Part shown: positions 56,664 to 64,000 of the stretch, in pieces
Numbering within the stretch: position 1 is the stretch's first letter
Layout: each line of letters opens with the position of its first letter
NCBI GenBank assembly: GCA_038064915.1
Contig: JBBTSB010000006.1
Location: 4,864-68,863, forward strand
DNA from: Patescibacteria group bacterium
Lineage (GTDB): Bacteria > Patescibacteriota > Minisyncoccia > 2-02-FULL-40-12 > IGHO2-01-FULL-4-A
Length of the DNA stretch: 64,000 bases
Direction of reading: 5' to 3'
Translations under genes and position numbers: made by a program
Notes under the pieces: model-generated
Database searches by the model: none
Told to the model about the DNA's origin: nothing
The model's input: the letters and a program-made list of their open reading frames with translations, nothing else

Positions 56664-58448
56664 TTAGTATCCTGTATTGTTGATCATATCGAACTGTCCT
56701 GCGAGCGTGAGGTAGTCGGCGCGAAGACCGGAATCTACCCAAGCTTCCGCCGCCGCAATAATATCATCAAGCTGTTCCATCGCTCCAAGTCCAAGCAATG
56801 CTTGTGCAGCTGGAGACACGGAATACCACGTGTCCATGTCCTTGCGTCCAGACATCACATCAAGTCGCGTGGAAATGTACTGTGCATAGAACTTGTTCTT
56901 GGCACATTGGGTTGTTGAGAATCCTTTTGAGCAGTTTTTGGTCGCATCATCAATGAGTTTGGTAAGAGAGGCACCCGTTGGAGTGTAACCAGACGGCATA
57001 AGCCAATTTGAGTCATTGTGAATCGTCAACAGCCAAGCTTGCAGGGTCGCTTGAGAGGTTGTCCTGGTGTGGTTTTTCCAGTTTCTCCAATAGCCCTGTG
57101 TTCCCTCGCGATCTTGGAGGTTAACGAAGTTGATACCAGTCATATTTTCACCGCTCATATCAACCACGACATCCTGGCAGAATGTTCCTGACTGTGGCTG
57201 CCATCCTGATTGAATCATTTCGCACACATGGTACGTTCCTGGACCAAGATCTTCAAACGTGTATCCCATGGAAGAGGTGGTGACCAATGAGTCTTCACCC
57301 GCATCCCATGTATCATTGTAAGGAGTTTCATCAATGAAGATCGTCCATGCGGAAAGGCTTGCGCCGTTTGCGTCAAGCTTAAATCCAGTGATGGACACGT
57401 TGTCAAAGTTCCCAAAGTCGACATCGTTTACAACATCGCCAAGTCCGATAGCAATAGGAGACGGATCAGTGGTTGTTTGCGTCCATCCGGTCATTTGGGT
57501 TTCACGGACATTGTAGGTTCCCATGTCCAAATCATCGAATTCATAACTTCCGCTAGCATCAGTCGAAGTTGACGCCATGAATACCATACCAGAATCATAG
57601 AGGTTGATGACCCAATCTTGTAGTCCTGGCTCTCCGGTGTCCCAGCCGCCGTCGCCGTTGATATCTTCAAACTTCATGCCATGGATTTCGCCAGGAATGT
57701 CGTCGTTGGTGACCGTGCAGGTTACATCATCACCTGGAGCTAGAGTTACATCTCCATTGCTGTCGCAGGCGCCACTGTAGCTAGCCATATAATCAGAATC
57801 TGCGTCTTCAGTAACGGTGTAGGTCCCATCTGCCAAAGAAAATTCTGTACCCGGAGCACTTTCACCGGCAAAGTCATTTCCGTCGACATGCAAGGTAAAA
57901 TCTCCAGGAACTGCAGTTCCGCCGTTGTCATTCACCACCACTTTTACCACATGCAAAGTAGCATTTGGGGTAGGAGTTGGCGTGACAGAAGGAGTTGGAG
58001 TCACTACCGGCGTTGCTGATGTTGAAGGTGTTGGCGTTGGTGAGCCTCCTTGGGGGCCAGCAACCTGATAATTGTCCGTCTTGCCGTTTACGTCGGCTTT
58101 ATACTCTCCTGAATCACCGGCGAGAACAGTATATGCGGCAAAACAAAACTTTCCTTGACTATCGGTGAGAATTGATCCAGAAGCCACCAAGGTATTGGGA
58201 TCGGACGAGCTTGGCAAACCAACTACTGACCAATCCAAGGTGGTATCACGAGCAAACCCAGTTCCCGTGATATAAACCACATCGCCTTCCACGTACTGAT
58301 TTTTATTGACCGGGCTTCCGCAACTGCCAGTACTTGTTTTAATGGATCCACCAGCTGCGTGTGCAAACTGCACTGCGCCGCCGACCATTTGTAATACTAC
58401 CGCTGCTATTATGATGCCCGCTGACCAGCTGCTTAAAACTTTCTTCAT
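56664..58448 (-). CDS. Secreted adhesin-like protein with prealbumin-like/SdrD-B-like domains
   Basis: Signal peptide, PT linker, LHVVKVVVNDNGG, GMKFEDINGDG..DTGEPGL, TQGYWRN. Confidence 0.82.
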   Translation of the reverse strand: MKKVLSSWSAGIIIAAVVLQMVGGAVQFAHAAGGSIKTSTGSCGSPVNKNQYVEGDVVYITGTGFARDTTLDWSVVGLPSSSDPNTLVASGSILTDSQGKFCFAAYTVLAGDSGEYKADVNGKTDNYQVAGPQGGSPTPTPSTSATPVVTPTPSVTPTPTPNATLHVVKVVVNDNGGTAVPGDFTLHVDGNDFAGESAPGTEFSLADGTYTVTEDADSDYMASYSGACDSNGDVTLAPGDDVTCTVTNDDIPGEIHGMKFEDINGDGGWDTGEPGLQDWVINLYDSGMVFMASTSTDASGSYEFDDLDMGTYNVRETQMTGWTQTTTDPSPIAIGLGDVVNDVDFGNFDNVSITGFKLDANGASLSAWTIFIDETPYNDTWDAGEDSLVTTSSMGYTFEDLGPGTYHVCEMIQSGWQPQSGTFCQDVVVDMSGENMTGINFVNLQDREGTQGYWRNWKNHTRTTSQATLQAWLLTIHNDSNWLMPSGYTPTGASLTKLIDDATKNCSKGFSTTQCAKNKFYAQYISTRLDVMSGRKDMDTWYSVSPAAQALLGLGAMEQLDDIIAAAEAWVDSGLRADYLTLAGQFDMINNTGY

Positions 58449-58582
58449 ATTTATTTTGAACGTGCAGAACAAAACCACTCACATAGTGAGATGGCAAGTA
58501 ACCGCCTTATTCAGTTAAATTAATTAAAAAAACCAATGTTCTATATAGGGTTAACGCATAACTCTACTAATTGTGACGTTCA

Positions 58583-58762
58583 TTAGGGGAAAATGGTTTG
58601 CGGAGAAGTACTAGCCAAAGGAAATAAATTGGTATACGGATTCCAATTTGGGTTTTGAGAGTGCTTGTACCAGGCATAGCCTGCCAACACGGCAACACCA
58701 ATGACGAGCAAAATTACTTGCCAACCAGAAGGAGCGTGGCTTGATCCTTTATCATCTGCCAT
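58583..58762 (-). CDS. Small single-TM protein (59 aa, not in the ORF track)
   Basis: Hand translation MADDKGSSHAPSGWQVILLVIGVAVLAGYAWYKHS...; follows the DUF2914-like gene. Confidence 0.5.
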   Translation of the reverse strand: MADDKGSSHAPSGWQVILLVIGVAVLAGYAWYKHSQNPNWNPYTNLFPLASTSPQTIFP

Positions 58763-58774
58763 GTCGTCAGTATG

Positions 58775-59863
58775 CTACAGGATAGTTTTTGTTTCAAGGG
58801 GTGGATGTGTGGATACGGTTTCTATGCGAAACGTAGTCCTGCCGATGAGCTGTCCCCGTTGAGTTTCAATATTCACACGCCACAAACCTGGTGTCGCATT
58901 TGATTTGACTGAATATCCACGGTAGCCATTGTCACGACCGCCAACGATTTCAAACGCCACCCGATTCACCGTAATCCATGTATCCTCAACCTCATCATGA
59001 AATTGCCACTCATGTACGATGGTCGTTTTCAGGTCATTGGGCGCAAACACCGATCCTACGACGTACACGGGTTCACCAGATACCGCGTGGTAAACGTTTC
59101 TGCGTAAAAAACTATACCAATGTCGGACTTCACCTGTAACAACGTAGTCGCTCCCGGTTCTGGAAAGGCTATGGTACACGCCGGCCTCTTTGAGGGCCAA
59201 AGGTATGGGGGGTATGATGTTTGTGAAATAAAGAATATTCAGGAGGAGGTAGATACCGCCGATGCTTGCCATGATCTTTTTTCGGGAATTGTAGATAGCC
59301 TTAGGAAGAAGGTAGCGGAGGAGGTGGAGAAAACCCCACAGTACCACCAGACTGACCAGACCGCTCATGAAAAAAATCTCATCGCCAATTTCACGAAGGA
59401 ATATGGGAATGTAGAGAGCCGCAAATGAGAAAAGGATGAAAAAGTAAATGGTAATGCGAAAGATCAAGATCGCATAGCGAGCCTTGAAGATTTCGTTCCC
59501 GATCAAGAGTCCTGCGAGCACAAGAAAAAATGGCCAGCTGGACGCAAATGATCCGCTTCGCGTATAGAAAATGAAAAATGCGCTGAATAATCCTCCAAAA
59601 GCAAACTGGAGCGTGAGCATCAGCCAAAAGTGCCAATCTTCGTGGGTCTCTCCCCGCTCTCGACGACGATCCAGAACGCTCAAACCAACTATGCAAAGAC
59701 CGGCAAGAATGACGTAGGACGTAAGAACCAGCATGTCATAGAGCTGATCTACTCGTCGCAATGTGAGATTGTCGAACACAAACCCAGTCAAAAGCGTGAT
59801 CGACGAAATATGACGTTCGTAGCGCTCCCATTTTGCTTTAATTGTATGTACGAGCTCCCTCAC
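58775..59863 (-). CDS. DUF2914-like membrane protein
   Basis: GFVFDNLTLRRVD, QFAFGGLFSA, IPPIPL, GGRDNGYRGYS, PGLWRV. Confidence 0.8.
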   Translation of the reverse strand: MRELVHTIKAKWERYERHISSITLLTGFVFDNLTLRRVDQLYDMLVLTSYVILAGLCIVGLSVLDRRRERGETHEDWHFWLMLTLQFAFGGLFSAFFIFYTRSGSFASSWPFFLVLAGLLIGNEIFKARYAILIFRITIYFFILFSFAALYIPIFLREIGDEIFFMSGLVSLVVLWGFLHLLRYLLPKAIYNSRKKIMASIGGIYLLLNILYFTNIIPPIPLALKEAGVYHSLSRTGSDYVVTGEVRHWYSFLRRNVYHAVSGEPVYVVGSVFAPNDLKTTIVHEWQFHDEVEDTWITVNRVAFEIVGGRDNGYRGYSVKSNATPGLWRVNIETQRGQLIGRTTFRIETVSTHPPLETKTIL

Positions 59864-59867
59864 GGTG

Positions 59868-59940
59868 GGTGAGCGATGGGATTCGAACCCACAACCCTCG
59901 GGACCACAACCCGATGCTCTGCCATTGAGCTACGCCCACC
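59868..59940 (-). tRNA. tRNA-His(GTG) with encoded G-1
   Basis: Reverse complement GGTGGGCGTAGCTCAATGG...TCGGG-TT-GTG-GT-CCCGA...GGTTCGAATCC...CGCTCACC. Confidence 0.93.
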
Positions 59941-59960
59941 ATATTCGGATGCGCCATTCG

Positions 59961-60656
59961 CTAAGCATATCCACTAAATTCCTCGGTTCTTATATTATCC
60001 TCGTCTACACCCTTTTCGTCAAGGATTCTACGCATGGCGAAGACAAATCCCGGTGGGCCGGCAAGATAGTATCGCACCGAGAGCAAATCACCCAAATGAC
60101 GCGTAAGCATACGTCCGTCCACGCGGCCGCGCTCGTAAGGCCATAAAGTGGAAACTTTGTCGGTGATGGTGGGAATAAGAGCAAAGCGGGAATTTTCTGC
60201 GGCGATATGTTCTAGTTCTTTCAAAAAAGGTGCGGAAGCAATGGTGGTATTAGAGTAAAAAAGATACAATCGATGAGGAAAGTTTTCGCGCGTCGCCGAT
60301 GAGACTATGCTAAGAAAAGGGGTAATACCAATTCCTCCCGCAAGCATTGCAATGCGCTGGGTAAATTTTTTGGGAAGCACAAAGTCTCCGCTGGGACCTT
60401 GGATTCGCACCTTCTCCCCTTTTGTCAAACGACCAAGTTCTTTCTTAAATTCTGAATTCCGCATTCGTGTTGCAATGCGAATGACTGGTTCGTGTGGTGC
60501 GGAAGCGATGGAAAACGTGTAGACCCTCGTTCCCAGGGTCACATCAACCGTTTGTCCGGCAATAAAATCAAACTTGGCTGGTTTTTCAAACTCAAACGCC
60601 ATCGTGTCTTGTGCGATTTCACGCTTAGTTTTTAGTGGCGTTATGAAGCCATTCAT
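59961..60656 (-). CDS. FAD/NAD(P)-binding oxidoreductase (ferredoxin-NADP reductase-like)
   Basis: FIAGQ, TFSIASAP, GPSGDF, AGGIGITPF, YLAGPP, EEFSGY. Confidence 0.88.
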   Translation of the reverse strand: MNGFITPLKTKREIAQDTMAFEFEKPAKFDFIAGQTVDVTLGTRVYTFSIASAPHEPVIRIATRMRNSEFKKELGRLTKGEKVRIQGPSGDFVLPKKFTQRIAMLAGGIGITPFLSIVSSATRENFPHRLYLFYSNTTIASAPFLKELEHIAAENSRFALIPTITDKVSTLWPYERGRVDGRMLTRHLGDLLSVRYYLAGPPGFVFAMRRILDEKGVDEDNIRTEEFSGYA

Positions 60657-60676
60657 GCTACCATCATGACGTATTT

Positions 60677-60748
60677 GCCCCTGTAGTTCAATGGATAGAA
60701 CAGGAGACTTCTAAGCTCTTAATAGAGGTTCGATTCCTCTCGGGGGCA
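60677..60748 (+). tRNA. tRNA-Arg(TCT)
   Basis: GCCCCTG/CGGGGGC acceptor; CT-TCT-AA loop; GGTTCGATTCC. Confidence 0.88.
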
Positions 60749-60752
60749 CATG

Positions 60753-60823
60753 CGGGCTGTAGTGTAACGGTAGCACGAGACGTTTGGGACGTTTTAGTCC
60801 GAGTTCGAATCTCGGCAGCCCGA
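60753..60823 (+). tRNA. tRNA-Pro(TGG)
   Basis: CGGGCTG/CAGCCCG acceptor; AGACG-TT-TGG-GA-CGTTT; AGTTCGAATCT. Confidence 0.92.
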
Positions 60824-62347
60824 CAAAAAGCAACGTTCGGAAAAATCAGGCTCCGCACTCCGCCGCGCCGAAGGCGCGAATGGAATGGTGGGGGTGAATC
60901 CGGCGAGACTGGAAGCCAAAAATTGAAAGGGTGGGGTGAGAGTCTGGGAGAGGGAGCGGTCGGTAAGTTTTGGGTTCGTTCCGAGTTTTGGCAAAAGTTG
61001 CCTCATCTCGTGATAATTTTCGGAGGAAGCCAGGAAACTGGCTTTTTTCGTGTCCAAAATGAATTGTCTGACGGGTTCGAGCGGATTTGCGGTTGTTTGT
61101 CCATGATCTTGTTTTTGGTCGGCAAGGGAAACTTTCTGTTTCAGCAGCTCTTCCTTTTTAGCAAGATAACTTTCCTTGGGAATATCACCGTCAATATATG
61201 CGCTAACTAATTTATCCAGTTTCTCTTGCGTCTCATGTTGTTTCGCTTTGATGTCTCGGACGAACGACTGTGATGAGTGGACTGATTCCTTTTCTTCCTT
61301 ATCTACTTCCTTGAGCATCCAATCAGTCCACTCATCGGGGAGCGCGATAGATTGAAGCCGTGCCTTAATTTGGAGGACAAGATCTTTTTCTTGGAGGTAC
61401 TTTTGATTACAGAGGCCGCGCTTCTTGGTGCATCGGTAATACCGATAGATACCGCCATGAGCACCCTTTGCCCATTGAGCGGTGATTGGAGAATTACATT
61501 CACCACAGGTCATCATCCCGATAAAGGGAAAGTCATGGCGAATCTTTGATTTGCGCGGCCGGGATCTATCCTTCAATATATCTTGCACGGCTTCAAAAGT
61601 TGTATGATCGAGAATCGGCGGAAACTTTCCTTCGTAGTATTCACCTTTATGAGCGATCAACCCAAGGTACGCTTTGTTCGAGAGCATAATCCTCACATTC
61701 GCTTTTGCAAGTGGCGTTCGGTGTCTAGCCTCAATACCGTAGCCCGCCAAAAACTCTCCCATTGATTCGAGAGTGTACTTTCCGGTCGCATATTCCTTAA
61801 AAGCGCGAAGGATAATTTTGGATAGTGTCGGATGTGGATCAATCGTTCGCGTCTTTGGATTGTTCACGTAGCCAAAGGGGGCTTTGGTGAGCCATTCTCC
61901 GCGACGGAGTTTTTGGCGGATACCACGCTTTACGTTTTCAGAAAGATTATCTGAATAATATTTGGATTGACCGAACGCCACTTGGAGCATGAACAATCCT
62001 TGGGGTGTAGGTTCGAACCAAAATGTCGGAAATCGCAAAGAAACTATCTTGGTGGTATCTATGGCGTAGATGACTTGCCCACCATCAACGGAGTTACGAG
62101 CTAACCTATCTGGATGCCAAGCGAGCAAGCCGACAGGTTCACTTGATGAGGCAACTTTTGCCATCATTTGATTAAAGATTTCTCTGCCTGGTTTCTTTGC
62201 GCTTTTCGACTCGATGAAAGTCTCGGCAATCAAAATATTTTCTCTCTTCGCGTATTCAGTGAGTTCAGCAAGTTGAGCTTCAATACTCATTACTTGCCGT
62301 TCCTCATCTTCCGTAGATTTACGAGCGTAGAGAAAATATTTTGTCAT
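60794..62347 (-). CDS. Large serine recombinase (resolvase, recombinase, Zn-ribbon and coiled-coil domains)
   Basis: YARKS catalytic Ser, DRLARN, SENVKRG, PFGY, CGEC...YYRC; last codons run antisense through tRNA-Pro. Confidence 0.93.
   Translation of the reverse strand: MTKYFLYARKSTEDEERQVMSIEAQLAELTEYAKRENILIAETFIESKSAKKPGREIFNQMMAKVASSSEPVGLLAWHPDRLARNSVDGGQVIYAIDTTKIVSLRFPTFWFEPTPQGLFMLQVAFGQSKYYSDNLSENVKRGIRQKLRRGEWLTKAPFGYVNNPKTRTIDPHPTLSKIILRAFKEYATGKYTLESMGEFLAGYGIEARHRTPLAKANVRIMLSNKAYLGLIAHKGEYYEGKFPPILDHTTFEAVQDILKDRSRPRKSKIRHDFPFIGMMTCGECNSPITAQWAKGAHGGIYRYYRCTKKRGLCNQKYLQEKDLVLQIKARLQSIALPDEWTDWMLKEVDKEEKESVHSSQSFVRDIKAKQHETQEKLDKLVSAYIDGDIPKESYLAKKEELLKQKVSLADQKQDHGQTTANPLEPVRQFILDTKKASFLASSENYHEMRQLLPKLGTNPKLTDRSLSQTLTPPFQFLASSLAGFTPTIPFAPSARRSAEPDFSERCFLSGCRDSNSD
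60821..60966. repeat. 146-bp inverted repeat, left copy (inside the recombinase 3' end, starts in the last 3 nt of tRNA-Pro)
   Basis: Reverse complement of 62360..62505, 140/146 identical. Confidence 0.95.
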
Positions 62348-62359
62348 ACTTTTTTTGTA

Positions 62360-62505
62360 TTACCGACCGCTCCCTCTCCCTGCGATTCACCCCACCCTTT
62401 GAATTTTTGGCTTCCAGTCTCGCCGGATTCACCCCCACCATTCCATTCGCGCCTTCGGCGCGGCGGAGTGCGGAGCCTGATTTTTCCGAACGTTGCTTTT
62501 TGTCG
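62360..62505. repeat. 146-bp inverted repeat, right copy (12 bp upstream of the recombinase ATG)
   Basis: Reads in frame TDRSLSLRFTPPFEFLASSLAG...CFLS, then KILNFVRTYHSPDRSKKP-stop at 62562. Confidence 0.95.
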
Positions 62506-62583
62506 AAAATCTTAAACTTTGTTCGAACTTATCATTCCCCTGATCGTAGCAAAAAACCGTAGAAAAAGGAAACCTAAAATGGT

Positions 62584-62789
62584 GCGTCCGCCCGTGCGCT
62601 TGCTCGTAGCTCGCGCACGCAGGCCGGAGCGGTTGTATCCGTCTGTTAATGCGCGCGGTGATCTGATTATGGATTGATCCCACCGCTCTGGCCTGCATCG
62701 AGTCTGACTCGATGGGCGGATGCTCTGTTGATGCTCGCTTCGGGCATGGCGGAATTCCACACACACCTTCCGCCATGCCCTCGAGCGAG
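62584..62789 (+). ncRNA. Candidate structured RNA/ssDNA element (four-way junction plus long hairpin)
   Basis: Four abutting helices at 62584-62723 and a long hairpin at 62734-62789; wobble pairs are G-T on the + strand. Confidence 0.55.
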
Positions 62790-62853
62790 GGGAGGGGCGT
62801 AAGTTTCAGAAAGCTCTGGAAAGAACACGATTTTAAGAGTAAGCTATACGCAT

Positions 62854-63201
62854 ATGGATAGTAGACTTTCTAAATATACGCTTGACGAGCTCGCAGAAAG
62901 AGTTGAAGGAGGCGGAGATAGTAGCGCTCAAAAAGCCGAACCAATTTTGATTGCCAAAGCCCTTGTTGAGTTACAGCAATCTATTACAACGCTTCAAAAG
63001 CAAATACCTCAAACAGGATCAGAAATCCGAAGCACTATTGGAAGAGTGAGTGAAGAATTATCGGAGACTGTTCGGGGACTCCGAACCGAGATGCAAGCAT
63101 ATTCCGCTTCGAACGATAAGTACGCAACCGCAATGAAGTGGTTGACTGTTGGGTTAGTGGTTGTTGGAGTTGGTCAGGTTATTGTTACGCTTATAAAATA
63201 A
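62854..63201 (+). CDS. Hypothetical coiled-coil protein with C-terminal TM helix (island cargo)
   Basis: 115-aa ORF ending MKWLTVGLVVVGVGQVIVTLIK. Confidence 0.65.
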   Translation: MDSRLSKYTLDELAERVEGGGDSSAQKAEPILIAKALVELQQSITTLQKQIPQTGSEIRSTIGRVSEELSETVRGLRTEMQAYSASNDKYATAMKWLTVGLVVVGVGQVIVTLIK

Positions 63202-63206
63202 ATAAG

Positions 63207-63596
63207 ATGCTTGAGCACAAAACTAATAAAGAGAACATCCGTAAATACCTTCGTTGCTTAGAGAGATCGGATTATGAGAATTTGATAGGTCTATTTGCAT
63301 CAAGTGCTATTATCCATTCTCCTTTATATGGAGAAGTTGAAGCAAAAAATTTTTATAAGGATCTATTTAAGGATACAACAAAATCCACCATATCTCTGAA
63401 AGATATTTTTATGAATGAGGATGAGTCCAAAGGAGCGGTAAACTTTCTTTACGATTGGGTTTTAGCGGACGGATCACGAGTCTCTTTTAATTGCGTAGAT
63501 ATTTTCAAATTTAGTTCAGAAGGGAAAATAAAAGAATTAACAATTATCTATGACACTTCGCAAACTCGCCCGAAATTTGATAAAATGAAGTCATGA
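63207..63596 (+). CDS. SnoaL/NTF2-like protein (island cargo, AT-rich)
   Basis: IRKYL..LE..D...LF...A....P..G; CVDIFKF..EGKIKEL.IIYD. Confidence 0.75.
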   Translation: MLEHKTNKENIRKYLRCLERSDYENLIGLFASSAIIHSPLYGEVEAKNFYKDLFKDTTKSTISLKDIFMNEDESKGAVNFLYDWVLADGSRVSFNCVDIFKFSSEGKIKELTIIYDTSQTRPKFDKMKS

Positions 63597-64000
63597 AATG
63601 AGGAGAAAACAGACTTGACTTATTTATTAGAAAGTGATAGTCTTATTTTGTCAAACATTATGAATTCTACCAACCTACAATCAAGCTCATATTACTACTA
63701 TTATTCAACCTCCTCGAGGCTAGTTTTACGGCGTTGAAATAATAGGAATACTCATTTCAAAATCTCAAACTGGTCTTAGAGGGGACCAGTTTTTTGTTCT
63801 TTCACACCCACCCTCACGAGAGGAGTAACCATGCCATCGGCAAGCAGCTTCAAGTCCGTCAAGGGTCTTCTCAATAAGCTCCGGGATGAAGTGTGCCCGA
63901 GCTCTCCCAAGAAAAAGGGAAAGCACGAGTTCAATACGACGGGATGCCAAGGTTCCTGGCATCACAACGATCAGGGCGGCCCGATCTACAGCCACCAGTC

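Larger units (their letters stand above)
60821..64000. mobile_element. Probable integrative element at tRNA-Pro (right boundary not seen)
   Basis: Serine recombinase at a tRNA 3' end, followed by non-core, more AT-rich genes. Confidence 0.6.

Noticed and set aside
60821-62505. Diversity-generating retroelement VR/TR pair
   Set aside because: Mismatches are not confined to adenines, and no reverse transcriptase is present in the window.
62341-62562. Independent 73-aa gene
   Set aside because: It is the translation of the right inverted repeat with a TTG start overlapping the recombinase ATG; better read as an alternative recombinase C-terminus.
62429-62776. ORFs across the GC-rich structured element
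   Set aside because: No recognisable protein features; the open frames are explained by high GC and palindromy.
63765-63995. CDS at the right edge
   Set aside because: Short, no motifs, and truncated context; cannot be supported.

Overview
A 64-kb chromosomal segment of a streamlined bacterium using genetic code 11 (TGA is a stop). It is most likely Patescibacteria/CPR (Parcubacteria-like). That is an inference from shortened core proteins, heavy gene overlap, apparently leaderless genes and CPR-type hypothetical families. Most of the window is housekeeping: rplJ-rplL, mraZ-rsmH-ftsL-ftsI-murF, recR-dnaB-cysS, CIRCE-hrcA-grpE-dnaK-dnaJ, efp, znuBC, def-fmt, priA, gltX, a glycosyltransferase/LCP/O-antigen-ligase cluster, mreB-murA, infA-rpmJ-rpsM-rpsK-rpsD-rpoA-rplQ-rplM-rpsI, alaS and five tRNAs. 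The most striking non-core structure is at 60.7-62.8 kb. A large serine recombinase gene at the 3' end of tRNA-Pro is bracketed by 146-bp inverted repeats, each encoding an in-frame alternative C-terminus of the recombinase, so it may be a self-inverting recombinase switch. It is followed by a GC-rich element that folds on the + strand into a perfect four-way junction plus a long hairpin. Other signals are a solo PaaX/Cas2-like gene between two 35-bp palindromic direct repeats, GC-rich orphan genes with their own promoter, SD and hairpin, a 36-bp repeat giving two small proteins the same C-terminus, and several families of small palindromic or heptamer repeats sitting in-frame in core genes. 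All calls come from reading the sequence; no database searches were run.
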